In this document: positions 1 to 9,960 of the stretch, piece after piece
Numbering within the stretch: position 1 is the first letter of the stretch
Layout of the letters: each line of letters opens with the position of its first letter
NCBI GenBank assembly: GCA_037442825.1
Contig: JBBIPN010000001.1
Location: 2,325 to 66,324, forward strand
Direction of reading: 5' to 3'
Source: Sulfurihydrogenibium sp.
Lineage (GTDB): Bacteria > Aquificota > Aquificia > Aquificales > Hydrogenothermaceae
DNA: 64,000 bases
Translations under genes and position numbers: made by a program
Notes under the pieces: model-generated
Told to the model about the DNA's origin: nothing
Database searches by the model: none
What the model saw: the letters and a program-made list of their open reading frames with translations, nothing else

Positions 1-209
1 TTAAAAAAACTTTCTAAATCTAAATCTGTTTCTCCATAAACTACCATATTAAAAAAATCAGGTTGATTTTCATATCCAACTGCCTTTGAAATATATATAC
101 GAGACTTTTTTAGATTAGATAAATGCCTTTGAAGTAAATTTATAGATTTATCTAAGTTTTCTTTCCTATTTCCTACATTACTTCCAAGCCCTAAATATAC
201 TTTATTCAT
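1..209 (-). CDS. folK: 2-amino-4-hydroxy-6-hydroxymethyldihydropteridine diphosphokinase (partial, runs off window edge)
   Basis: Manual translation MNKVYLGLGSNVGNRKENL...YENQPDFFNMVV matches the HPPK N-terminal LGLGSN and QPDF(L)N motifs. Confidence 0.9.
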   Translation of the reverse strand, partial: MNKVYLGLGSNVGNRKENLDKSINLLQRHLSNLKKSRIYISKAVGYENQPDFFNMVVYGETDLDLESFF

Positions 210-350
210 TCATTTAAGTCATAACTTTAATTTCTAAAATTATTATAATATAAAATACTTTTGTATAAAGCAGTAATAGAAGCTTTCCTTAAATATCAAT
301 AAGCTAAATTAATTTTTGGATACTTGGCATTGGTGTTTATTTATAATTGA

Positions 351-812
351 TAGTGTTTTTAAACTGAACATTTTAGTGTAAATTTATATTGTACTTTAAA
401 AAAATTTAAATAGAGGAAAAATAAAATAAAGAAAAAACCCTTTAACCTTGGAAAAGATTTTTCAAAATATAGCTTTTCAATTTCCTATGGGACAAGTTTT
501 AGTTTTGTTACAGTATCTTAGATAAGGAACTTTATGCTAGTTAAGGAAAATTTCTTATTAATACTCTGGATTAAATTGAGTAATTAAAACTGAGAGTCTA
601 GCAAAATAAAGTTTAAAGAATAAAGTAAATCATCCTTTAAAGAAGGCATCTAAAGTTCTTTTTGCAAATATTTCATTGAAAGTGTATTTGCAAGATAAAA
701 CAGAAAAAAATATTCTCTTCTCAGAGTAAGGCTCCCAGATATAACTGAGAAAAAGCATCCTGAATTTCAAAGTCAAAGTAGGCTTAAGGCCTCTAATTTT
801 TGAAACACCCTA
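351..812 (+). mobile_element. Possible degraded DDE-transposase IS remnant
   Basis: Stop-ridden plus-strand fragments (LDKELYAS; KYFIESVFAR*NRKK) resemble DDE DKGY and R-x2-IE-x2-F-x3-K motifs. The end TTTTGAAACACCCTA looks like an IS terminus, with only a weak left-end match at 351-365. Confidence 0.3.
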
Positions 813-853
813 CATCATAATTTGGCTTTAAAATGCAAAATAATATAAAATAA

Positions 854-2224
854 TCAATAAACTTCTAATTTTATAAGATTTTGATTTTCATTTAAAACAG
901 GCATTACATTATACTTTTTATCTTTATTAACAATAATTTCAATAATATTTTCATTTTTTCCTTTAAATTCAATAGTACCTATTTTTTTATCATTAACAAT
1001 TAAATCTCTTGTAAAGGAAACTATATCTAATGACTTATCTCTATTTTCTAAATATGCATATACTATTACTCTATTTTGGATAGATTCTTTTATATCTATC
1101 TTTGATACTGTCCCCAGTTTTTTAGGTACAAATAAATTTACCACCTTAATGGGTGTTTTCGTAGTTTTTTCTTCTATCTTTTTTAAAGATAAATCTTCTT
1201 TCTTTACTATACTAGTATTTTGATCTTCTTGTGAAAACTCATTTTTCTCACTTTTAATATTTAAATTAAATCCTCCTATTTCAGGAGTTATATTTATTAA
1301 TTCATTCTTTGTGTATATAGCTTTTATTTTGGCTATTCCTTTAGAAAACTCTTCTGGTAATACTTTTTCTGGTATTAATTTACCATTCCCATTATGTCTT
1401 AACATGATAGGCTTTCCTATCTTATCGTAAACTTTTATTAAAAGTCCATTTTGGTCATATACTGATAAAATTATTTCAAACTCTTCACCAGCTTTTGTTT
1501 TTTGTGGATAATTTATTTTTACTTCAGATGGAATTTGTTTTACTACAGATAACGTTTTACTACCTAACAATTTCCTTGTAGAACTATCATAAATTTCTAA
1601 GGTTGTATCTTTAATATCAAGAGGTACAATTTTCAATGTTTTTTTACCATTATCAAACTCTTTATTTCTAATTGTTGATTTATACAAACCGTTTAACTGG
1701 ACGATTAATTCCTGTTTATCATAGGATGTATCTTTAACTAAGTTCCCATATTTATCATAAGCATTTATAACAATCTCTTTTTCATACTCTGGAATAAAAT
1801 CAGGAGAAGTAATAATATCTACTTTTTCAATTTTACCGTTTAAAACTTCAACAGAAATATTATCTAGTAAACCATTTGTATATTTATCTTTAATTTTTAT
1901 CGTTTTATTATTCAATAAAAATTCTAATTTATATACTCTAGGTAAGGTTTCTGCAAAATTTAAAGAAGATTTTCCATTTAAGAAATTAATTTTTTTCCTT
2001 ATTCCATTAATATCAACTTCTATAGATCCATTGAAATCTGATATATCGTTATCAAAAGGATCTTTTGCTGTAAGGTTTATACTAATATTTTCCCCAGCTC
2101 TAACTAACTTTTGATATTCTACAAAGAAATATGCTAAGTTTCCAGATTCAATCTTTATCTGACCATAAGAAAAGTTTATCAAATTTAATAGTAAAATTAT
2201 TATTGCAAAAACCTTTTTCATCAT
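854..2224 (-). CDS. Secreted hypothetical protein with three Ig-like repeats
   Basis: Signal peptide; three repeats of the type (AGE)-x4-I-x-(L/I)-x-(A/V)-x-D-x2-(D/G)-(N/L), then a K/E/T-rich linker and a beta-rich C-terminal domain. Confidence 0.55.
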   Translation of the reverse strand: MMKKVFAIIILLLNLINFSYGQIKIESGNLAYFFVEYQKLVRAGENISINLTAKDPFDNDISDFNGSIEVDINGIRKKINFLNGKSSLNFAETLPRVYKLEFLLNNKTIKIKDKYTNGLLDNISVEVLNGKIEKVDIITSPDFIPEYEKEIVINAYDKYGNLVKDTSYDKQELIVQLNGLYKSTIRNKEFDNGKKTLKIVPLDIKDTTLEIYDSSTRKLLGSKTLSVVKQIPSEVKINYPQKTKAGEEFEIILSVYDQNGLLIKVYDKIGKPIMLRHNGNGKLIPEKVLPEEFSKGIAKIKAIYTKNELINITPEIGGFNLNIKSEKNEFSQEDQNTSIVKKEDLSLKKIEEKTTKTPIKVVNLFVPKKLGTVSKIDIKESIQNRVIVYAYLENRDKSLDIVSFTRDLIVNDKKIGTIEFKGKNENIIEIIVNKDKKYNVMPVLNENQNLIKLEVY

Positions 2225-2390
2225 GGTTACCTCTCATAGGTTTTTATTATATTTTAACATAAAAAAATAACTACGGATTTTTTAAAAAGTACAATATTTT
2301 CTTCCTTTAAAATACTAAATTTCCTTTTTATACTATTTTAATTTTATATATAATTATTTTACATCAAAATTTTTGACAAGAGGTTAAAAA

Positions 2391-3266
2391 ATGAAAATAA
2401 TTGAGAAGCTTAAACAAACCGAAATAGGTATATCTTTTGAATTTTTTCCACCAAAAACACAAGATGCTGAAATATCTTTATTTAACACAATAGAAGATCT
2501 TAAACATATCAATCCTACATTTGTATCTGTTACCTATGGAGCAGGCGGTTCTACGAGAGAAAAAACAAGAGATATTGTAAAAAAATTAAATGAAGAAACA
2601 AACTTAACTGTAATGGCACATCTAACATGTGTTGGACATTATAAGGAAGAGATAAAAAATATTCTCGATGATTACAAAAATATCGGGATTGAAAATATTT
2701 TAGCTTTAAGGGGTGATATTCCTTTAAATTTTGAAAGGTCTAAAATACCTTTAGACGCTTGTAAATATGCTTCTGAACTTGTAAGTTTAATTAGGGAAAA
2801 CTATGATGATTATTTTTGTATCGCTGTTGCATCATATCCAGAAGGGCATCCAGAAAGTCCAAACTTAGAAAGGGATTTAATAAACTTTAAAAAGAAAGTA
2901 GAAGCTGGTGCTGATTTTTCTATAACACAGATGTTTTTTGATAATAGATATTTTTATGAGTTTATAGATAGATGCGAAAAAGCAAATATAAATATACCTA
3001 TAATACCAGGTATCATGCCTATAACAAACTTTAATCAGATTCGAAAATTTGCTTTACTGTGTGGTGCTACAATACCAGAAGATGTAGTAAAAATGTTTGA
3101 AAAGTATGCAGATAATTTGGAAGAAACAAAAAAGATAGGTATAGAGTTTGCTATAAAACAGTGTGAAGATTTAATTAAACACAATGTAAAAGGTTTACAT
3201 TTTTATACCTTAAATAAACCAGATGCAACTTTAAAGATTTATGAAAGCATAAAAAAATTGATTTAA
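2391..3266 (+). CDS. metF: 5,10-methylenetetrahydrofolate reductase
   Basis: [30 protein letters not shown] and GLHFYTLN motifs. Confidence 0.97.
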   Translation: MKIIEKLKQTEIGISFEFFPPKTQDAEISLFNTIEDLKHINPTFVSVTYGAGGSTREKTRDIVKKLNEETNLTVMAHLTCVGHYKEEIKNILDDYKNIGIENILALRGDIPLNFERSKIPLDACKYASELVSLIRENYDDYFCIAVASYPEGHPESPNLERDLINFKKKVEAGADFSITQMFFDNRYFYEFIDRCEKANINIPIIPGIMPITNFNQIRKFALLCGATIPEDVVKMFEKYADNLEETKKIGIEFAIKQCEDLIKHNVKGLHFYTLNKPDATLKIYESIKKLI

Positions 3267-3328
3267 AATCATAAATAATAATATGTTTTAATATATAATA
3301 ATTTAAATAATTTTGGAGGTTTTTGTTT

Positions 3329-4624
3329 ATGGGTATGACTGTTACAGAAAAAATAATAGCAGCTCACGCAGGAAAAGATTATGTTGAAGCTGGTGAACTT
3401 GTTACTGTAAAAGTAGATTTAGCTATAGCAAACGATATAACTGCACCTCTTGCTATAAAACAACTTGAAAAATACGGAATAGATAAAATTCACGACCCTA
3501 ATAAAATTGCTCTTGTAATGGATCACTTTTTCCCACCAAAAGATATTTTATCAGCTCAACAAATTAAGATATCAAGAGATTTCGCTAAAAAAATGGGTAT
3601 TAAAAACTACTTTGAAGGTCAAGATAGTGGTGTGATGCACACACTTTTACCAGAAAAAGGTTTTGTAGTTCCAGGAGATCTTGTTATAGGTGCAGATTCC
3701 CATACATGTACATACGGTGGGATAGGAGCATTTTCAACCGGTGTAGGTTCTACAGATATAGCATATATATGGGCTACAGGTGAAACATGGTTGAAAGTGC
3801 CTGAAACTATGAAGTTTGTTTTTTATGGAAAACCTCAAAAATGGGTAGCTGGAAAGGATTTTGTTTTATCTGTAATTGGTAAGATAGGTGTAGATGGTGC
3901 ACTGTACAAAGCTATGGAATACCATGGTGAAGCTATAAAAGCCCTTGATATAGATAACAGATTAACTATTGCAAATATGGCTATTGAAGCAGGTGGAAAA
4001 AATGCAATAATAGAAGCCGATGAAAAAACTATAGAATGGGTAAGAAAAAGAACAAATAGAGAATTTAAAATATACAAAGCAGACCATGATGCAAAGTACT
4101 GCTACGAGTATGAGTTTGATGCAAGTAAAATAGAGCCTGTAGTTGCATGTCCTAACTTACCTTCTAATGTAAAACCAGTAACTGAGGTTGCAGGTACACA
4201 TATAGACCAAGTATTTATAGGTTCTTGTACAAATGGTAGATTGTCAGATTTAAAAATTGCAGCAGCTATACTAAAAGGTAAAAAAGTTCATCCAGAAGTA
4301 AAATGTATAGTAATACCAGCTTCCGACCAAATTTACAAACAAGCTTTACATGAAGGATTACTTGAAATATTAGCAGATGCTGGTTGTTTAATAAGTACTT
4401 CAACTTGTGGACCATGCTTAGGTGGACATATGGGAATATTAGCTGAAGGGGAAGTTTGTTTATCAACATCTAACAGAAACTTTGTAGGAAGAATGGGACA
4501 TCCAAATAGTAAAGTTTATTTATCAAGTCCAGCAGTAGCTGCAGCATCTGCAATACTTGGTAGAATAGCTCATCCAAATGAAGTTGCAAAGTACGAAGAT
4601 GTTGAGACATTGATAACTTTATAA
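3329..4624 (+). CDS. leuC: 3-isopropylmalate dehydratase large subunit (LeuC/homoaconitase family)
   Basis: DSHTCTYG, IGSCTNGR, CGPCLG and STSNRNFVGRMG aconitase-family motifs; ATG at 3329 follows GGAGGT. Confidence 0.88.
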   Translation: MGMTVTEKIIAAHAGKDYVEAGELVTVKVDLAIANDITAPLAIKQLEKYGIDKIHDPNKIALVMDHFFPPKDILSAQQIKISRDFAKKMGIKNYFEGQDSGVMHTLLPEKGFVVPGDLVIGADSHTCTYGGIGAFSTGVGSTDIAYIWATGETWLKVPETMKFVFYGKPQKWVAGKDFVLSVIGKIGVDGALYKAMEYHGEAIKALDIDNRLTIANMAIEAGGKNAIIEADEKTIEWVRKRTNREFKIYKADHDAKYCYEYEFDASKIEPVVACPNLPSNVKPVTEVAGTHIDQVFIGSCTNGRLSDLKIAAAILKGKKVHPEVKCIVIPASDQIYKQALHEGLLEILADAGCLISTSTCGPCLGGHMGILAEGEVCLSTSNRNFVGRMGHPNSKVYLSSPAVAAASAILGRIAHPNEVAKYEDVETLITL

Positions 4625-4639
4625 TCGGAGGTATAAATC

Positions 4640-4843
4640 ATGGCTCTTTGGGATGCAATAGTTAGAATACTTCTTGGTTCTATATTAGTTTTACTTGGTG
4701 TTGAAAAAGGTGGTATTTTTGTTATATCCACAATTTTTGGAGTAGTTTTAATACTAACAGCTATAACTGGATTCTGTTTAATATACAGAATAGCTGGTAT
4801 TTCTTCTAAAGGAGAAGAGAAAGTAGCTTGCAACGAGTGTTAG
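4640..4843 (+). CDS. DUF2892 (YgaP-like) small membrane protein
   Basis: D-x2-VRILLG ... TAITGFCLIY pattern; two TM segments; GGAGGT RBS. Confidence 0.8.
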   Translation: MALWDAIVRILLGSILVLLGVEKGGIFVISTIFGVVLILTAITGFCLIYRIAGISSKGEEKVACNEC

Positions 4844-5235
4844 GTTTAGATATAGGAACAAAAAGAATAGGGGTTGCTTTAAGTGACCCCTTTTTGATAA
4901 TTGCTAAACCTTTAGATTTTATACACAATGATGAAAAAGCTGTTGAAAAGATAAAATCATTAATAAAAGATTATAACGTTTCTACTATTGTAGTAGGTTT
5001 ACCTCTTACATTAAAAGGTAAGGAAGGGGAACAAGCTAAATACACTTATGAATTTACTGAAAAAATAAAAGAAAGTATAGAAAATATAAATATAGTTTTT
5101 ATAGATGAAAGATTTACATCTTCTTTAGCAGAAAAGCAACTTGGCAAAAAGAAAAATAAAAAAGAGAAAATAGATAGTCTCTCTGCTGTCTTTATACTCC
5201 AAACTTACCTTGATAGTTTGCAACTTAAAAAATGA
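4828..5235 (+). CDS. ruvX: Holliday junction resolvase-like / pre-16S rRNA nuclease YqgF
   Basis: LGLDIGTKRIGVALSD, VVGLP, DERFTS and IDSLSAVFILQ motifs. Confidence 0.95.
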   Translation: MQRVLGLDIGTKRIGVALSDPFLIIAKPLDFIHNDEKAVEKIKSLIKDYNVSTIVVGLPLTLKGKEGEQAKYTYEFTEKIKESIENINIVFIDERFTSSLAEKQLGKKKNKKEKIDSLSAVFILQTYLDSLQLKK

Positions 5236-6224
5236 AAAAAATTTTCTTAGCTTTATTTTCAGTAATCTTTACTTTTACTCTTTTAACTGTACTATTAAAT
5301 TATAAACTTTCTTTAAGTAAAGAAATAGAAATTCAAAAAGGATTATCCATCAGTCAGATAGGAGAGAATCTTGAAAATAACAATATTATATTAAATCGGT
5401 ATTTATTTTTAATCTATGCATTAGTAAAAAAAGAGCCATTAAAAGCTGGCATATATGAATTTAAAGGAAAATATTCTATTATTGATGTTTATAACAAAAT
5501 AGCAAAAGGGGAAATTAAATTAAAACTTTTTACGATCGTACCAGGAGATGACCTTATAGATATATCGGAAAAGTTAGAAAAAGAAAATATTATAGAAAAA
5601 AGAGAGTTTTTAGATTACGTTTTTAATAAAGAGAATGTAAAGAAATTCGGACTTGTAGGAGATAGTTTTGAAGGCTATTTTCCTCCAGAAAGCTATGCAG
5701 TAGGAAAAAATGAGACACCAGAAAGCTTAACAAAGAAATTTTTAGAAATATTCAACGAAAGATACTTACTTTATAAAGATTTAATTGAAAAAAAAGATTA
5801 CTCAGATTTTTACAAAAGTAAAATATCTTTTTATGAAGCAATGATTATAGCATCAATGATAGAAAAAGAAACATTTGTAGAAGAAGAAAAACCAACAATT
5901 GCAGGAGTAATATTCAATAGATTAAAAGCAAACATGAGATTGCAAATTGACCCTACAGTAATATATGCTTTAAAACTTACAAACAAATGGAATGGAAAAT
6001 TAGGTAAAAAAGATATAGTTTATAAATCACCATTTAATACATATCAAACTAATGGACTTCCACCTACACCAATATGTAGTTTTTCTTTATCTTCTTTAAA
6101 AGCTGTTTTAAACCCAACTAAAACAAATTACTACTACTATGTTTTATCAAAAGATAAAAGTAAACATATATTTTCTGAAAATTATAAAACACATTTAAAA
6201 AACATAGAAGAAAATTTAAAATAG
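5232..6224 (+). CDS. mltG: Endolytic transglycosylase MltG
   Basis: EGYFPPESY, IASMIEKE, NRLKANMRLQIDPTVIY, SPFNTY and GLPPTPI motifs. Confidence 0.95.
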   Translation: MKKIFLALFSVIFTFTLLTVLLNYKLSLSKEIEIQKGLSISQIGENLENNNIILNRYLFLIYALVKKEPLKAGIYEFKGKYSIIDVYNKIAKGEIKLKLFTIVPGDDLIDISEKLEKENIIEKREFLDYVFNKENVKKFGLVGDSFEGYFPPESYAVGKNETPESLTKKFLEIFNERYLLYKDLIEKKDYSDFYKSKISFYEAMIIASMIEKETFVEEEKPTIAGVIFNRLKANMRLQIDPTVIYALKLTNKWNGKLGKKDIVYKSPFNTYQTNGLPPTPICSFSLSSLKAVLNPTKTNYYYYVLSKDKSKHIFSENYKTHLKNIEENLK

Positions 6225-6298
6225 TTAATGTACTTGATAGAAATTATAATTTTATAGCTATGTTATACTAATTTTAAAACAAAATGGGAGGTTTTAAA

Positions 6299-6955
6299 AT
6301 GAAAGTAGGTGTTTTATTAGCTGGTTGTGGTGTATTTGACGGTGCAGAAATACATGAAGCTACTTTAACACTTTACTTCTTAGATAAAGCTGGTGTAGAA
6401 ACAGTAATTATGGCACCAAATATTAAACAAAAGGACGTTATAAACCACCTTACCGGTGAGTCTATGAACGAAGAGAGAAACTTATTGGTGGAAGCTGCAA
6501 GAATTGCAAGAGGTAACATTAAAAATATAAATGATGTAAAAGTAGAAGATATAGATGCTTTAATAATGCCTGGTGGTTATGGTGTTGCAAAAAACTTTTC
6601 AAACTTCTTAGAAAAAGGCGCAGAAGCAGATGTTATACCTGAAGTTAAAAGATTGTTAGTTGAACTTTTTAAAGCTGGAAAGCCAATAGGTGGAATCTGT
6701 ATATCTCCAGTAATAGTTACATCAGCTTTAAGGGAAGCAAAACCTACTGTTACAATAGGTACAGATATAGATGTTGCTAAAGTTATTGAAGAAATGGGAG
6801 CAAAACATCTATCATGTCCTGTAAATGAGATGATAGTAGATGAAGAAAATAAAATAGTTACTACTCCAGCTTATATGCTCGGTAAAAGTATAAAAGATGT
6901 TGCTGAAGGTATTGAAAAGTTAGTAAACAAAGTTATTGAACTTGCTAAAAAATGA
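6299..6955 (+). CDS. elbB: DJ-1/PfpI-family glyoxalase ElbB
   Basis: LAGCGVFDGAEIHE, EAARIARG, PGGYGVAKN and TTPAYM motifs; ATG at 6299 follows GGAGG. Confidence 0.92.
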   Translation: MKVGVLLAGCGVFDGAEIHEATLTLYFLDKAGVETVIMAPNIKQKDVINHLTGESMNEERNLLVEAARIARGNIKNINDVKVEDIDALIMPGGYGVAKNFSNFLEKGAEADVIPEVKRLLVELFKAGKPIGGICISPVIVTSALREAKPTVTIGTDIDVAKVIEEMGAKHLSCPVNEMIVDEENKIVTTPAYMLGKSIKDVAEGIEKLVNKVIELAKK

Positions 6956-8529
6956 AAATCTTAAAATCAACAGAAATAGCAAACGTTGATAAGCTAACAA
7001 TAGAAGATACAGAGATACCTTCCTTGGTACTAATGGAAAGTGCCGGAAGGTCTGTTGTAGAAGTAATATTAAAAAACTACAGTACTTTAAATAATATTTG
7101 TGTAGTAGCTGGTAATGGTAATAATGGTGGAGATGCTATTGTTGTAGCAAGATATTTAGCAAAGCTAAGTAAAAATGTAAAACTTTTTATCCTCTCTGAA
7201 AGTAAAGAAAAACTATCGGAAGATAATAGGAAAAATTTAGATATTTACGAAAAATTTAACCTTAATTATCGTTTTTTAAATTCAGAAAATTTTGAGATAT
7301 TAAGAGAAGAGTTGAAAGATTGCGAATTAATAGTAGATGGAATATTTGGAACAGGTTTTAAGCCACCAGTAAAAGGTTATAGAGAAGATATCATAAAAAT
7401 AATAAATGAAAGTAAAAAGCCAGTTGTAAGCATAGATTTACCATCTGGAATAGATGCAGATAGTGGAGATATAAAAGGGATATGTATAAAAGCTAAAATT
7501 ACTGTTACATTTGGTTATCTAAAACTTTGTCATATACTTTATCCAGCTTTAGATTACTGTGGTAAAGTATTTTTAGCTAATATAAGTTTAAACGATAAGT
7601 ACGCATATGTTAAAAGGTATCTAATAACTCCAGAAAACTTAACACTTCCAATAAGAGAAAAAACAGGACATAAATACACCTTTGGCCATGTGCTTATTGT
7701 TGGTGGAAGTGTTGGAAAATCTGGTGCAGTAATAATGACATGTAAATCTGCTACAAAATCTGGAAGTGGTTTAACTACAGCTATCATTCCAGAATGTATA
7801 AATTCCATAGTGGAAAATAATATTATAGAAGAAATGAGTATTCCTTTACCTTCTAACGATGGTATGTTTGCAGATAATTGTGAAAATCAGATTTTAAATA
7901 TTATAAATGAAGGTAGATTTTCTTCTGTTGTTGTTGGAATGGGTATGGGGATATCTGATACAAATAAAAATATAATTGATAACTTAATTAAAGTTGATAA
8001 AACAGTTGTAATAGATGCAGATGGTTTAAATAATTTAGCAAACATTGAAAACTTTGAAAAAAAACTATTAAGTAGAAAAAATATAACTGTTTTGACACCA
8101 CATATAGGAGAGTTTTCAAGACTTACAAAAATTTCTACAAAGGAAATTTTAGAAGATTATGAAAGCATTGGGAAAGATTTTGCTATAAAAACAAATAGCT
8201 TTTTAATACTAAAGTTTCATAGGATAGTTTTATTTACACCAGAAGGTGAAATTTACTATAGCAATAAAGGTAATCCTGGAATGGCGACAGCTGGTTCTGG
8301 AGATGTTTTGGCTGGAGTAGTAGGTGCCCTTATAAATAGACTTAAACCGTTAGAAGCTTTAAAGTTAGCTATCTATATACATGGTTTAGCTGGAGATATA
8401 GCAGCACAAGATGTAGGAGAAGAAAGTTTAAAAGCTACTGATATTATAAATTACATTCCGAAAGCTTTTAGATATATATATCAATTAAAAAACAATCAAA
8501 CAGTTTCTTTAGTAAAAGAAATTGGATAA
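6952..8529 (+). CDS. nnr: Bifunctional NAD(P)H-hydrate epimerase/dehydratase (YjeF)
   Basis: LMESAG, GNGNNGGDA, DLPSG, VIDADGL, TPHIGEF and ATAGSGDVLAG motifs. Confidence 0.95.
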   Translation: MKILKSTEIANVDKLTIEDTEIPSLVLMESAGRSVVEVILKNYSTLNNICVVAGNGNNGGDAIVVARYLAKLSKNVKLFILSESKEKLSEDNRKNLDIYEKFNLNYRFLNSENFEILREELKDCELIVDGIFGTGFKPPVKGYREDIIKIINESKKPVVSIDLPSGIDADSGDIKGICIKAKITVTFGYLKLCHILYPALDYCGKVFLANISLNDKYAYVKRYLITPENLTLPIREKTGHKYTFGHVLIVGGSVGKSGAVIMTCKSATKSGSGLTTAIIPECINSIVENNIIEEMSIPLPSNDGMFADNCENQILNIINEGRFSSVVVGMGMGISDTNKNIIDNLIKVDKTVVIDADGLNNLANIENFEKKLLSRKNITVLTPHIGEFSRLTKISTKEILEDYESIGKDFAIKTNSFLILKFHRIVLFTPEGEIYYSNKGNPGMATAGSGDVLAGVVGALINRLKPLEALKLAIYIHGLAGDIAAQDVGEESLKATDIINYIPKAFRYIYQLKNNQTVSLVKEIG

Positions 8530-8977
8530 GTTTATAGATATCGCTTTAAAAGAAGCAGAAAAAGCTTATAAAAAAGGTGAAGTTCCTGTTGGTGCTGTTG
8601 TTGTAAAAGATAATAAGGTAATATCAAAGGCTCATAATCAAAGAATAACTAAAAATAATGCTTTATACCATGCTGAACTGTTAGCTATAGAAAAAGCATG
8701 TAAAAAGCTAAAAACTTGGCGATTAGATGATGCTATTTTATATACAACTTTAGAACCTTGCTTAATGTGTGCTGGAGCTATCATGCAAGCAAGAATAAAA
8801 AAGATTATTTTTTGTAGTAAAGATGAAAAAGGCGGTGTAGTTATAAGTAATTATAAAGTTTTTGATGATAAAAAACTTCCATTTAAAATAGAGTATGAAT
8901 ACATTCCAGATGAAAGATGTATTAAAATTTTAAAAAATTTTTTTAAAGTTTTAAGGGAAGGGCCAAAAAGCCCTTAA
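8522..8977 (+). CDS. tadA: tRNA adenosine(34) deaminase
   Basis: EVPVGAVVV, HAE and TLEPCLMCAGA motifs. Confidence 0.93.
   Translation: MDKFIDIALKEAEKAYKKGEVPVGAVVVKDNKVISKAHNQRITKNNALYHAELLAIEKACKKLKTWRLDDAILYTTLEPCLMCAGAIMQARIKKIIFCSKDEKGGVVISNYKVFDDKKLPFKIEYEYIPDERCIKILKNFFKVLREGPKSP
8958..8975. terminator. Hairpin between convergent tadA and the sox-tail genes
   Basis: AAGGGC-caaaaa-GCCCTT. Confidence 0.55.
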
Positions 8978-8980
8978 ATA

Positions 8981-9470
8981 CTACATTAAATCTTTTATTG
9001 ACTTTTCTATTCTAGTTTCTAACTCTTCAACTGCTTTTTTAGCTTCTGGATATTTTGTCTCATCAAGTAATAAAGATGGTTTTGTCCTTACTATATAAGT
9101 ATATATCTCCTTCAAGTTGATAAATAGTTATAACAAGAGGAGATATTACCATTACATTTGGGTCATTCATAAAAATTTTGTATAGTGTACTCATACTTGT
9201 TACTAAAAAGTTTTGGATGTAATCTACCTTTAGTTTTTTGTAATCTGGAAAAATTTTTATGTTGTTTGCAAGGGGAGCTGCTGGATCTGTTGTGCTTACA
9301 AGGACTATCTGATTTGCTTCTAAATTACCTTTTAAAGCAATCATTACATCACCTGGGTCACCTTCTACTTTGTAAATAATAATTCCTTTACCAGATCCTT
9401 CAGTAGAAGGCTCCCATGCAAAAGCTAAAGAAAATACAACTAAAAACAAAGAAAGTACATATCTAAACAT
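8981..9470 (-). pseudogene. Exported DUF302-like protein with a +1 frameshift
   Basis: The track ORF ends at 9063, but the natural C-terminus IVRTKPSLLLDETKYPEAKKAVEELETRIEKSIKDLM* continues in another frame to TAG at 8981; one extra base near 9095-9098. Confidence 0.75.
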
Positions 9471-9487
9471 AAGCTCCTCCTATAAAT

Positions 9488-9949
9488 TTATTGTAAAGGT
9501 ATATATGCATAACCTTTATTTTGCCAATTTACTAGACCTATAAATGCATTAGGGATTAGCTCCACAAAATCATATAACGTTTCTTTATTTATTTTCTTAC
9601 CTTTCATACCAGCTTCACACATTTGAAACCTAACTTTATAATTTTTAACTAAAAATTCTAACTTTAAAACTATATCTTTTTGATTTTCTAAAAGTTCTTT
9701 ATCATTTTTGTAAGGTGAGTTTTGTAAATCTTTTATAAAAAATTTGTAAGCATCTCCATGTATAATAACTACCACATTAAGTTCCTTTAACTGATTTTTA
9801 TAATACTCTGCTGAGTTAGCCAATCCACTTAATAGATAGGTATTAAATCTACTTAAATCACCAGTTGTAAGATTTATAACTACCTTTGGATTTTCATCTG
9901 CTAAAGAAATATCTATTAAAAAAAGTATTAAAAATATTAATTTCCTCAT
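9488..9949 (-). CDS. Exported DsrE/DsrF-like protein
   Basis: Signal peptide; VVIIHGDA, FQMCEAG (conserved Cys) and QNKGYAYI patterns of the DsrE-like family. Confidence 0.75.
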   Translation of the reverse strand: MRKLIFLILFLIDISLADENPKVVINLTTGDLSRFNTYLLSGLANSAEYYKNQLKELNVVVIIHGDAYKFFIKDLQNSPYKNDKELLENQKDIVLKLEFLVKNYKVRFQMCEAGMKGKKINKETLYDFVELIPNAFIGLVNWQNKGYAYIPLQ

Positions 9950-9960
9950 ATCCTTAACCT

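Noticed and set aside
324-341. TTGGCAT as a possible sigma54 promoter
   Set aside because: No TTGC at the -12 position
2225-2390. SAM/SAH riboswitch upstream of metF
   Set aside because: Region is almost entirely A/T, with no recognisable stems or conserved cores
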